Assembly (NCBI GenBank): GCA_002269645.1 | Contig: NIVC01000481.1 | Location: 414,575-478,574 of the forward strand | Direction of reading: 5' to 3' | Length of the DNA stretch: 64,000 nucleotides | DNA from: Macrostomum lignano | Taxonomy: Eukaryota | Shown here: positions 39,249 through 62,679 of the stretch, one piece after another | Layout: every line of letters begins with the position of its first letter | Position numbering within the stretch: position 1 is the first letter of the stretch | Position numbers and translations under genes: made by a program | The notes under the pieces: generated by a model | What the model saw: only the letters and a program-made list of their open reading frames with translations | Told to the model about the DNA's origin: nothing | The model's database searches: none

Positions 39249-40754
39249 ATGCGAGGCCTAATATTTCTAACCGCTGACAATTCTTTGAAGTTGAAGAACG
39301 ATCTGCAAGATCCAAAGCCGAACAGCGAAGAGGTCGTAGTACGGGTTAGCCATTGCGGAGTATGCGGTACAGACCTGCACATCATGCAAGGTCACTTTCC
39401 CGTGGCTGTGGAGACTCAACTAGTCCTGGGCCACGAGTTCACCGGCTGGCTGCAGGAAGCGAATGCCGATAGCAAGAAAAATCAAGACGGAAACTTCGGC
39501 ACTCCCGTGTTTGTCAATCCGAATGGTCGGTGCGGCTACTGCATCGGTTGCCAAGAGGTTTGTTTCACTTAGCAACACAGTAAAATAATAAATATTCGGA
39601 CAAAAGCTGCGGGCACCCTGACGCAAGGTCTTCGGAGACATCGTCTCACAACCAGAGTTGACGGCAATTTTGTCCATTTCGCTGACTCCTAAGCACAAAC
39701 AAGCGCACCAATACTGTACGCAAGCACGCACTCACACACGCTCACAGGGGTGGACAGCGGCCCTCTGACTTTCGAATCGTCAGGCACGACACCCACGGTG
39801 CGTTTAAAGTTGGCCCTCACTGGTGTCAATCGCACGACAACCACTCAACCAACTTGGTTGCACACGGAATCAAACCAGGGGTCGTTTTGCTAGAGTCAGA
39901 CGGGTTTACCGCTGAGCTGCTCTGCCCCTAGCAACAGGCATTGCATAAACCAGCCTTAATGAATTTTCCCGTGAAAAAAACACTCGATCAAAACACCCTA
40001 TTAGGGCCGAGTGCACTTCTGCGGCTACCGAGCTATGGGTGCCGCTTCAGTGGGCGTCGGTCGAGACGGCGGATGGGCGGAGTTCGTGGCGGTGCCAGCC
40101 AATCAGGTTCACCGAATGCCTAAAGATCTGCCGATGTCAACTGGAATTCTGGTTGAGCCAATCAGCTGCGTACTACACGGCTACGATCGGCTGTTCACCG
40201 CTGGAGCAGCCAAGCAGCTGGACCCAACTGACTCTGTGCTCATTCTGGGTGCTGGCATCATCGGCCTGCTCTGGGCCTGTCTGCTGCACCAGCGGGGCTA
40301 CCGGACCATCCAAATCAGCGACATCTCTCCGGAGCGACGCCAGGTCGTTACTAACATGAAATTGGACGGCATGTCGCCTAAACAACCAACCGAGCTGCTT
40401 AGCAACACCTACCAGCTGATTGTGGACTGCACCGGAGTGCCAAAGGCGCTCGAGTCGGCCTATAAAAGCCTGTCTAGCGGTGGCATCCTGTGTGTGTTCG
40501 GATGCGCCCCGGAGGGAGTCAAGCTGAACCTGCCGTATTATGACCTGGTCAACCGAGAGATCACCGTTGTGTTTTGTCGCGTTAATCCGTTCACAAGCGA
40601 CCGAGCTATCGACCTGACGCGTCGTTTACATCTGGACGGCTACCTGGACTTGGACCGGCTGGGCATTAAGGTATTTGGACTCGACCAGCATCAGCAAGCC
40701 TTTGAAATGTTGAACAATCGTCAGGCACCTAAGGTTGCTTTCCGGCTAAACTGA
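39249..40754 (+). CDS. Zinc-dependent medium-chain dehydrogenase (sorbitol/threonine/arabinitol-DH-like), copy 1, 352 aa
   Basis: Exons 39249-39557 and 40005-40754 (phase 0). Motifs: CGVCGTD, GHE, structural-Zn C-x2-C-x2-C-x7-C (CGYCIGCQEGRVHFC), VEPISC, Rossmann ILGAGIIG, and DISPERR with an acidic residue suggesting NAD preference. Confidence 0.92.
39578..39928 (-). mobile_element. tRNA-derived SINE, family A copy 2, inserted in the intron of MDR copy 1
   Basis: Minus-strand tRNA-like head (AGCTCAGCGGT ... GGTTTGATTCC ... ACCA); perfect 8-bp TSD TAGCAACA (39570-39577 and 39929-39936); body shares ordered motifs with 6381-6749. Confidence 0.8.
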
Positions 40755-41419
40755 GCGAGGGCAAAACAGAAGTGACTGTGTTATTAGTTTATTCTTTTAA
40801 AACGGTTGCATGCTAACTATTGATGACAATATTCAGACTAAAGCCGATTAAGAATACAAAGTTCGAATTGGAGAAGGAAACTGTCTTTTATTTTTGATTG
40901 TAGGGATGTACGGATAATTAGGTTCGTTTTTATCGTTCTGTAGCTTTTTCATTGTCAAAGAGCAAGCACAATTGTGATCTATTAGGAACAATATAGCACC
41001 TACGTACACCATCGAAACAGGCAATGCTAAAAGTGGCCTTAAAAGCTCGCGTAACGTGAAAATTTAAGGCTAGCATCAAAGCGGCAAGATTCTACTATGA
41101 GGCAAAAGTAAAACATGTTGACGGAATTTCAGCTGACCCAAGCACAGTACATGAAAGGTAGATAGCATTACCTGCAAGCATTGCCTAACGAATTTGATAC
41201 AACTCTAGACTAGCCATGAAGCGTTTAAAAAAGAGCGCAGCGTAACCTTGTTACCAAATCAAACCACTGATAAGAGACGCAAACAGATAAGAAGGTAACC
41301 ATTTCTTGTTTCGTAGGCCGTATTTAATCGTACAGAAGACACGCATCTCTAAGCAGAATTTACTTTGCTAGTTTCAATGCTAAGACAATAAGAATCAAGT
41401 TTAGCAACTATTTGCAGCT

Positions 41420-42560
41420 ATGCGCGGCCTAGTGTTTGTAACTAGCGACAGCTCACTACAGCTGCAGGATGATATTCAAGTGCCTAAGCCGACTTCTGAA
41501 GAGCTACTAGTACGGGTTAGCCACTGCGGTGTATGCGGAACAGACCTGCACATCATGCAGGGCCATTTCCCCGTGGCTGCTCGATCTACTCTCGTACTCG
41601 GACACGAGTTCACTGGCTGGCTAATTGATGGCGATGGAAGCCAGCCAAGTAAAGGCAAATCCAACACGCCTGTTTTTGTCAATCCGAACGGACAATGCGG
41701 CTACTGCAACGATTGCCAACGGGTAAAACTTTCATGGAAGCATTTAATTGACATTTGAAATGCACTATTGGATAGAAAGACAAGTTTTTGCATATCATTG
41801 CAGGGTCTGGTGCACTTCTGCCCCCAGCGTACCTTAGGCGCTGGAGCTGTAGGTCTGGCAAGAGACGGCGGCTGGGCGGAGTTCGTAGCGGTGCCAGCCA
41901 ATCAGGTTCACCGAATGCCTAAAGATCTGCCGGTGTCAACTGGAATTCTGGTTGAGCCAATCAGCTGTGTACTACACGGCTACGATCGGCTGTTCACCGC
42001 TGGAGCAGCCAAGCAGCTGGACCCAACTGACTCGGTGCTCATTCTGGGTGCTGGCATCATCGGCTTGCTTTGGGCCTGCCTGCTGCACCAGCGGGGCTAC
42101 CGGACCATCCACATCAGCGACATCTCTCCGGAGCGACGCCAGGCTGTTGAAAACTTGAAACTTGAAACTTGACGGCGTGTTGCCTAGGCAACCAACCGAG
42201 CTGCTTAGCAACACCTACCAGCTGATTGTGGATTGCACCGGAGTGCCAAAGGCGCTCGAGTCGGCCTATAAAAGCCTGTCTAGCGGTGGCATCCTGTGCG
42301 TGTTCGGATGCGCCCCGGAGGGAGTCAAACTGAACCTGCCGTATTATGACCTGGTCAACCGAGAGATCACCGTTGTGTTTTGTCGCGTTAATCAGTTTGC
42401 TAGCGATCGAGCCATCGACCTGACGTACCAGCTGCACCGACAGGGTTACCTGGACTTCAACCGGTTGGGCATTCAAGTCTACCCACTCGATCAGCACCAA
42501 AAAGCATTCGAAACGTTAGGCAAGCGTCAGGCACCGAAGGTGGCCTTCCAACTGGGCTGA
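41420..42560 (+). pseudogene. MDR dehydrogenase copy 2, frameshifted by a 7-bp tandem duplication
   Basis: Exons 41420-41722 and 41804-42560, with the intron at the same position as in copy 1. AAACTTG is present three times at 42151-42171 where two copies keep the frame, giving TGA at 42170-42172. The downstream frame stays paralogous to the stop at 42558-42560. Confidence 0.82.
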
Positions 42561-43256
42561 ACGGACATTTTCATGACAAATTTGACGTTTTGAAAACTTG
42601 GTTTCTAACCGTGAACTGATAAATTGTTAATGGCCAAAAGAAAGTGGGAAATTTTTTTTCGACCTAGCTCGTATATGTAACGAGATCTATGCCTAGAAAC
42701 GTCTTCTAGAATTCTAGAAACGCTATGTTTTCTCTCGGTGAGTAGTATGTTTAATATAGCAATCCTAAAACAACCATTAAATATAAAAAATAAAAAACAC
42801 AAATTCGACTTCACAGCATTACAACATCCCTTGTATTTTTATGCAACAGATAGACAGAAAACAACTGACAATTACTAACGTGCCAATTAGTTATTCAGCC
42901 AGAGTAGTCAAAAATGCATATCAACATATCAACAGAATAGAGGCGAGTTTCCGAACTTATGAGATGTTCTGCAGAATCGAACAGCTTTAAGTAGAAACCA
43001 TCGTACAGAAACGTGTCCAAAAATATTTCGCTTCATTAACTTTAAATGACGAGTTTTTTATCCAACTCTGAAGTAATCTTAAAGGTGGATTGTTAAGATA
43101 AATTGCCTGTTATCAGTGACTACAGTATTTTTCGCTTCCTACTCTTCAAGATCGCTAAAGTTTATAAGTAATGCGTGATCGACATCAAAAAGCGTAAAAG
43201 GCGTCACATCCTTGAGCTAAGACAATGCAAGACGAGATAGTCAACTCAAGTATTGC

Positions 43257-45092
43257 TCAATCGAAAGCGGCTCTTTTACGCTTAGCTCCAACAATTAATT
43301 TTTGCACTTCAACAGCTTTGCTCGCCTCCGAATGAGTTGGATCCACGTGATAATTTGGATCGGTGAACAGAGCGCCAAATCGTTCGTCGGCTGCCACATC
43401 GGCTGCTGTCACTGTCGAGTGAGCACCAGCGACCCGGTCGGCAACTAGCATTGCCAACTCCTGCTCACTAGCCGGCATTTCTCCTTCGCCTTCGCCACTG
43501 TCACCTTCGTCACTATCGCCGCTGCCGCCGGCACCGTCAGCCTTAGAAGGCAGCAGGCCAGCTTTAGCCAGTTTAGCCCGTTTCGCTTGCTCCTTTAATC
43601 GGCGACGCCTCGTGCGCTTGCGAGATTCTTTCGGCTCCGATTGCTCCTGCTGCTTCTGGCCCTTGGCACTTGACTTGGCCTTAGCATCGACGTCCTGCAT
43701 GGCTAAAGCGATATCGTCGGGCAGCTCGTCGTCTGAGAAGGTGGCCGGCAACTCGCTGCCATTGTCGGCGTTATCTTCGGCTTTGTCGGCTCCGACATCG
43801 TCTCCTAACAGCGCCCGACGAAGCTTCGCCGTTCTGGCTTTGATGGCGTCACTGTCCTCTTCATCATTGTCGGATTCATCGCTACTCAAATTGAGAAACT
43901 CCGACAGTCTATTAAGATCCGGATCGTCTTCGTTGAAATCGGTCTTGTTGAACAGGCCCTGCAGGTAGCGAGTTCGCTCAGTCGGTGTCTCGTCCCAGGT
44001 TAGGCCGACTTTTGTACGGTTTAATAGACCAGCGGTTAGTTTGCGCGGCTTATAAGCAGCCGGGTCCAGACCCGTGCACCGCGTTACAAGATGACGCCAC
44101 TCGTCTGGCACATCGTCCGGACCGCCGAACTCCATACCCGCCGGCACGTAGCTCAATCTAAGACACCCGCCGGTGCTTTCCACCTCTAGACCGGAGCACT
44201 GCTCATAGACACTGGTTGCGGCTGGAGTGCAATCAAACTCCGCTACAGCGTAATAGTACCACAATCGTTTTAGCTGGTAGCGTCGAAGACTTCGACGATA
44301 AGAGCCAGACGAAGTTGACGACTTCTTAGCCGGATCGGACAACGCTTTACGGCGCAACTCCAACGGTCCAACTTTGGCCTCTTCGGCCATTCGATGTTGA
44401 CCGAATTTCGAGGGATAAACTGTGACACTTAGCAAGCGACCAACAGACGATGGACAGTGACTGGAGAGCAGCATAAACAGATCGGTAGCTTTGATCTGCT
44501 CCCAGTCTTGCTGAGTAACAGCTAGTCGATTTGTTGGAACAACCGACTGGTCGTTTTCTTCATCAATCGCTGCGCTGGACGAGCGTTCGAGATTGCGAAA
44601 CTCCTCGTCGCTGCTGCTTCTCGCTTCGCTGTCGCTGCCTTCTTCATCATTGTCTGCCTCATTTTGCTCATCATCATCATCATCCTCTTCATCTGAGTCG
44701 GATTCTTCCTCAGCTACTTCTTCATCTTCTTCGTCTTCATCCTTATCCACAGCATCCTCACTCTCTTGATCTTCTTGGTTGTCAGAACTAGCTTCGACCT
44801 CATCATTATCATCCTCATCCTCACCGTGACGACCCTGTTTCAATCCGTAGAACCTGCTCAGATCCTGTCGCGAGCTCATGGCCACTGGCCTGCCCCTCTT
44901 ATCGCTGCGTACGCTGGTGGAGAACTCAGGATCTGTAAACATGGCGCCAAATCGATCGTCAATTTCAACGCGAGTTGCTTTGCGAGCCGAAGCCGATCAA
45001 TAGCGCGGATCGGTGGTCACGTGACCGAAGCGCGGATCCGAGCGCCATTCTTCGTCGCGGTTGCCTGCTGCGTTGCGACGCTTCTTAACCAT
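43257..45092 (-). CDS. ESF1: ESF1 (pre-rRNA processing, NUC153) homolog; intronless, with an in-frame TGA at codon 32
   Basis: ATG at 45092 gives MVKKRR...DPRFGHVTTDPRY*SASARKATRVEIDDRFGAMFTDPEF...DKRGR, followed by an acidic tract, NRLAVTQQDWEQIKATDLFMLLSS, YQLKRLWYYYAVAEFD, LTWDET and the NUC153-like DERFGALFTDPNYHVDPT. 611 codons if read through, or 561 aa from the ATG at 44942. Confidence 0.88.
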
Positions 45093-45329
45093 TGTGTAGG
45101 TCTAGGGCTGCTGTGGGTAGCTGAAACGATGATAATGATATATGGTCAAGGGAATCCATAGAATAATATACTGGCTAATTAAATGTAGCCTACATCTACC
45201 TGCCTGTCTGCGTGCACGATTGAGCCTGTCATTCTCTCTGCCTGTTCGTCTTAGTGTCCTAGTGTCTGTATGTTTTCGTCTGTATGTACGTCTTTCTTTC
45301 TTTCTATCGTAGTGTCTTAGTGCCCGTCT

Positions 45330-45330
45330 G

Positions 45331-45415
<85 letters not shown>

Positions 45416-45425
45416 TGTCTGTCTA

Positions 45426-45468
<43 letters not shown>

Positions 45469-45478
45469 TGTCTGTCTA

Positions 45479-45541
<63 letters not shown>

Positions 45542-45680
45542 GACTATCTGTCTATCTGTATATCTATCTGTCGATCTGTATATCTGTCTATCTGTCTGTT
45601 TGTCGGTCTGTCTGTCTGCCTGTCTGTCCGTCTGTCTGTCTGTCTTAGTGCCTTAGTGTCTGTCTGTCTGTCTACCTGCC
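45330..45680. repeat. (TCTG)n microsatellite between STK32 and ESF1
   Basis: Read directly from the sequence. Confidence 0.95.
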
Positions 45681-46841
45681 TCTCGCAAGCTAAGCAGACT
45701 TTCAAGTGTCCAGTACACCAAGCACAATTAACAACAGGCAGCAAAGCTACCAAGTGTGCTTTAAGAGAACCAATCAAATTAGAATATATTTCATTGCTTT
45801 CAGATTTAACACAATAAACAACAGTGTATAAAGTATTCAAAGCAAGCAATGAGATTATTGCAGTGCAATAAAAGCCGGACTAGATAACGCAGACACTGCT
45901 ACACAATCACGGTAATCTATAGGCCATGCATTAGCGACTACATAGTACATGCTGAAGCAGTCACAGCCGAAAAAAGCAAACCCACTCTTAACAACAAAAC
46001 AAACAGCAATAACGAATAAAACTGTCACAAGAATTGTGAAGAATTAAACCAAGAAAAAATCTCGACTGTGTAAAAAAATTTAAGCTGCGTAAGCGATATT
46101 ATAAAAACTGAGTATTACATGACGAGAAAAAAAACTTAATAAAAAGTTGTGCGCAAAAAACAGTGACAGTCTACAAGCAAGTAAACTATTATCAGGCAAT
46201 CTAAAATACTAATTAAAATATTTAGTATTTTAATAGCAAGAGATTGTGCTCAATAGTTGTAACCTAAAACGCTAAAAGATTATTTGATACGTTTAACTAT
46301 GAAAAATACAAAGAATAAAAAATAAACCAAAACGCGTATACGATTACTAAAAGTAGCGAAATCGAATTTAAAATTTTCCATCGGCACCGCCGATTAAAAA
46401 AAATAACTAGTTGACAGACGAATCCAACAGATCACATAAAAACACAATAAGAGACAATTATTAAAATATTCAATTTCTTAAAAACAAATACTGCACGATA
46501 TAGCAAACAAACAAACAAACAAACAAGAATACGAACGAAATTCTTTGTAAGCCATCGTAAATTTAAACTTTGTCAAAAAACTGAGTATAATATATGAATC
46601 ACTCTGTGAATCTCTTAATAAAATGAAAGAATACTGTTGTTGTGCAAAAACTCTTAGATTGTTTCACACGCTTATACTATACTATTAATCGGTATTGAAT
46701 AAAAATTATAAAATAACTTGATATATAGAATTTGAAAAAAAACGAAAAAGCGCAAATTTCTACTGCAATAAAAGTTGGCAGTAGTATAATTCCGACTTAA
46801 AACACAAAATTGTTTGAACTGACGCAGTCAAATCTGGCATC

Positions 46842-58086
<11,245 letters not shown>

Positions 58087-59129
58087 AAAGCACCCAATGG
58101 TGGCTGCCTGGTAGCTGGTTAATGCTTTAATAAAGACAGCGTCACCCTGCTTTGTAAATATGCTGTCATAAATAATAAAAATTAATGATCGATTTAAAGA
58201 GTCTTGCACTAAAATAGTTATCAATTTTTTATGTTTAAATAGTTACATTTGTGTATGACATAAATTACCATATAAGTTAATTTTTATCCTAAATTTACTC
58301 AAAAAAGGGAACTATATTCTGCTATAGACATTCAAGACTTAAAAAGATTTTAAAGGCTAATAAATATACAAAAAATCTGACATAGCAAGCTGGTTTATTA
58401 TAGATTTTTTCTTAATTGATTTCTAAGCTTATCATTTCAACTTACAGATGATGTAATAATTATGAGACAATATATAGATAATATAATAAAGATGCCTAAG
58501 TTTATCATACAAAGCATAAAATTTTTCTAGGAAGTACTGGCCTCTAGGTGATATAATCTATCTCAATATGATTTATATGGCCCAATTTTTCTATCTTAGT
58601 GGTCTAGTGTCTAATAGTTATAAGGATTTACAATATTGCTATAGACTTGTCTAGGCTGCCTTTTAATTTGTAAGGGCTGTCCTAGTCTAAGGCCTTGCTT
58701 GACTGCCAGTGGATGACACTATTCTAGTGATTAAGACTGTCCTATTATATAATGTCAAGACCTATATGCTAATATGAGGTGTGTCCCAAAAGTTCCTAAA
58801 ATTTCTATCATTACTCGACAATTATTGAGCATATCTTCACATCCTTGGTGTTAAATGAAAGATGAATTTCTCATTAAAATATAGCTATTTGAATCACGTC
58901 AATATGTCTAACCATCTCTTTGCTACACATAAAAATGTTTGCAAAGGTTGGTACTAGGGTCACACATCCTTAAGAGCCTTTTGAAAAAAAACAATGATAT
59001 TCATAAAACAGTGAAGAAAAGAAATATGGGATAATTTAAACAGCAACATTGATTAAATCTCAAGTTAGTCAGCAGTAGGAAAAGTTCAAATGTATATTTA
59101 CTCATCCAACTCAGCCTGTGGCTTTTCAA

Positions 59130-59410
59130 TTGTAGTTGCCATCCAAATGCATACATTTCTGCCACCTGGATCACATGGCATTGATGGCCTTGGCAAATGT
59201 AGAGCAAGGCATTTCATAGAGGATGACATGGCAAATGAGGCTTTCAAGTTCACTTCAGTTTTTAAAAACCCGGCCACAAAGAAGTCTTTTCATTTGGGGT
59301 AATATTGCAAAATTGGCAGGCACCATATCTGGCAAGTATGGCAGATGAGACAGCAACTCAAAGTTGAACTGCTCAATCTTCTCCATCGTCTTTCCTGCTA
59401 TATGGGGTCT
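59130..59410 (-). mobile_element. Mariner transposase fossil (C-terminal fragment)
   Basis: Minus-strand translation RPHIAGKTMEKIEQFNFELLSHLPYLPDMVPANF...CGRVF...*SRWQKCMHLDGNY matches the mariner pattern ARPH...HPPYSPDLAPSDF...RWxKC...GxY, with stops. A candidate mariner TIR, TA|TGAGGTGTGTCCCAAAAGT, lies at 58773-58793. Confidence 0.8.
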
Positions 59411-59773
59411 ATCAGTAAGGTAATACTTTTCTATGGTGCACTAAGGCTCTTAGTTTTAGTGTTTTAGTTTTAGTGTAGTTTTAGGATAAATAGCAAGAGT
59501 AACCATGAGTGTCTTATTAAGGCTAAATTCCTTGTTATCTAATTAGTACTATATCTATATTCAGTACAAAAGTTAACATGATCTGTTGCATCATACAGAG
59601 CTATAATTTTAGATCTCATGTTATATAGTCACAAATTTTCAATAGGGCACATCGTAAACCACAGTAATATTTTGTCTAGGCCCTACTGTCCTTATATTCT
59701 CTTATAACTAACTAGCTTAACTGATTAATATTATACATTTTATTGTATTTAGGGATAGAATGATATAAAAAAT

Positions 59774-60987
59774 GGGTCTATGAAATTTGCTAGCAAGAAA
59801 TTTGCTTGCCAAAATCTGCTAGCTGAAATCTGCTAGCCGAAATTTGCTAGCAGGAATTTTGCTGGCCAAAAGTTGCTAGCAGGAATTTTGCTAGCAAGGA
59901 TTTAGCTAGCCAAAATCTGCTAGCAGGAATTTGCTGACCAAACTTCTTGCAACCGGCGTCAAAAGATTGCTTGTTTTCTGGCAATGGCAATGTATTGTTT
60001 TACCTAAAAAAATCCACAGAAGTGGGTAAAAATCCCAAATATTTTATAACTAAAAGCATCAGCATCAGTTCAAGTGTTTGGAAAGTCAGTTTGTCATTGT
60101 GGGGGACAGAATACTCTCAAGTCGCAATCAGATAGCTTGTAGTTAGGACAGTAGTTGAATTCCTTATTGAACTGTCATGGCTAAATGTTAGTAGAGAAGG
60201 CTATAAAAAGTTTTTCCAGAACACTGTATATTTGCTATGTACATTGAGCCCTATCACCTGATCGTTGGTCTAGGGTAATGAGTGAGTGAGTAGCACAAAC
60301 AACAGAAAAAGCTGACAAACTTCACATGCCTACAGTTTATGTTCTAACTGGGGTACAAAGTTGAGACTTTATATTTAGACAGAGAATGAGTCAATGAAGA
60401 ATTTTATCAAGTTTAAAGTCAATCGCTGTACGTGGAGCAAACTTATGGCAGCTGAAAGTTAGTTAATTTAAAACCCCCTTCACACATCTCTCCAGTGGTC
60501 AAGAAGGAGAGAGGCGGAGGTTGGGGTGGCTGTCTTGCTGACGAAAAGCAGACAACTTAAAAAAAAAACTGTGTTGTTAGGAATTAACTTCGAGACTCAA
60601 AAATTTCTACACGATTGTCAAAATAGTTGAAATTGGATTGTGTCCAATTTGAAGAGGATTGGTAAAGCTGTAAAGGTAAAAGTGGAATGACGCTATAGAG
60701 GATTTATTGAAATTCTTGCAAAACTGGACAAGCAAATTGTCTCTAGCTAATTACAACTTCCTGAGTTTGGGCCAGCCAAATTGCTGCTTGCCGGTTTTGG
60801 TTGGATTCCTGCTAGCAGATTTTGGCTAGCAAAATCCTCGCTAGCAAAATTCCTGCTAGCAAGCTTCGGCTAGCAAATTTTGGCTAGCAGATTTTGCTAG
60901 CAAACTTTGGCTAGCAGATTTCGGCAAGCAAATTTCTTGCTAGCAAACTTTGGCTAGCAGATTTCCTGCTAGCAAATCTCGTACTCC
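59774..60987. mobile_element. Foldback-like non-autonomous element with about 200-bp inverted arms built from GCTAGC-cored subrepeats
   Basis: The left arm (59774 to about 59955) aligns with the reverse complement of about 60780-60987 (e.g. TTTGCTAGCAAGAAATTTGCTTGCC is in both). A-rich near-matching flanks TAAAAAAT / AAAAAAAT. Confidence 0.78.
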
Positions 60988-62679
60988 AAAAAAATCCTTT
61001 AAAGGAAGGCCAAGCTATATTAAGCATTATAACCCAATGGCCAATATTGAAAAATGGACCATGTATATCTATAAGTCAAAAACATATGGCCCAAATCTTT
61101 TTGGCCATGCCTAAGAAAAATGGCCATGGCTCCCTTGGCTACCCTTTAGATCTACTATTAGACATGGTTATAAAAGTTTATTCATTTTTAATTAAAAATG
61201 TTTTACACTACACTTAATAAAACTAAACATGCAATATTGTAGGCCTAATTAAAAAACATTAGGCTTATATAACATAAGGACATTTAGTTTTATTCAATAA
61301 ATATTATTTTGTAGTATATTGGATATTGATGATTTTTCATAAGACTGTATATAAAATAATAAATAAATTATAAAATTTTATTCTATAACAAAATGTATCA
61401 TAGCCATAGGCCCTATTTTAAACCTAAAAATAAAACTTCAAATAAATTATTAACATATCTTAGGCCTAGTTAGACTTAGGCCTAGGCCATACTTCAGAAG
61501 ATATACTGCAATAGTAATGTATATTACTATTAGAAATTCAAATGCTAGGTCTTATATTAGCTATTTTAGATGAGTAATTTATGACTACAAAAAGTTATAA
61601 ATGATACTGACATCAAGGTTTTTATACATAAAAATAGGGCCTAATATAGAGCCCTAGGGTCCTAAGCCTAAGGACCTAAGCACTTAGCACTATAGATAGA
61701 TAGGCCTATGGTGGTTATTTAAGAATAAGAGCACATGTTTGTTATATTTAATAGTATTGACAAATAAAATTATATTTTAGGAACTAGCAATAAATTATAT
61801 TATTGAACTACCTCTCTTGACTCTCGTCTCGACTTAACTGAAAGACCAAAAAGCTAAAAACCAAAGGCCAAAGCCGAAAGGGTTAGGCCTAAACATTTTT
61901 AAAATTGCAAAATCGCTACGAGTCTAGGAAAAATGGATGGATTTTGAATTGCAGCGCCTTTCTATGAAACAACTTTCTTGTCGTTATCGATATCCAACCT
62001 TTAAACAACGATAAAGCAGCTGTAAGCAGCTATAAGCTGCTATAAGCAGCTGTCAAAATCCTTCCAAATCAATGCTCAGCTCGGCCGGAAAAGCTAAAAA
62101 TCAGCGTGCAATAAAAGTAATTTTTAAACTGTCTAACAATGGGCGTCGACGGTTGGCACTTTGGCACAGTTAGACGCCTCAATGCTAAGACCTCAGCCAA
62201 GGGACACTTAGAACTTTGGTGTTGCACAGCCAATTTCTTTCAGCTGTGCATCCTAGAGTCTTGTTGTTATCTATTCAATGATCAAACTTTCTTTGTACAT
62301 GTACTATACTATTCTCATATTTTTTCTTTATTCTAGGTCTACTTAAGCTATAGCCTATACTAGGCTTTACTCATTTTGGTATTTTAATTGGGTTGATATA
62401 ATTGTACTATGCCTATTATTATCTATTTGTGTCTTGTTTTTCTAAGTGTCAATTAGGCCTAGGTCTATTAGCCTATAAGCTTATTTCCTATAATAATACC
62501 CATTTTCATCTTCACTTATAATATAGGCCTTAATTATAATAATGTAGAATTGTGTCTGCATTATTTATAGATCATACCAAGTATACCTAGGCCTAGTCCT
62601 ACCTGAGCCTAAGTAAGGAAATTAAAAAATAATAAAAATATAAAAAAAAATTTATCTAAAAGGAAAGTAATATATATTC

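Noticed and set aside
44997-44999. Selenocysteine recoding of the ESF1 TGA
   Set aside because: ESF1 is not a known selenoprotein, the position is not a recognisable Cys site, and I could not identify a SECIS element.
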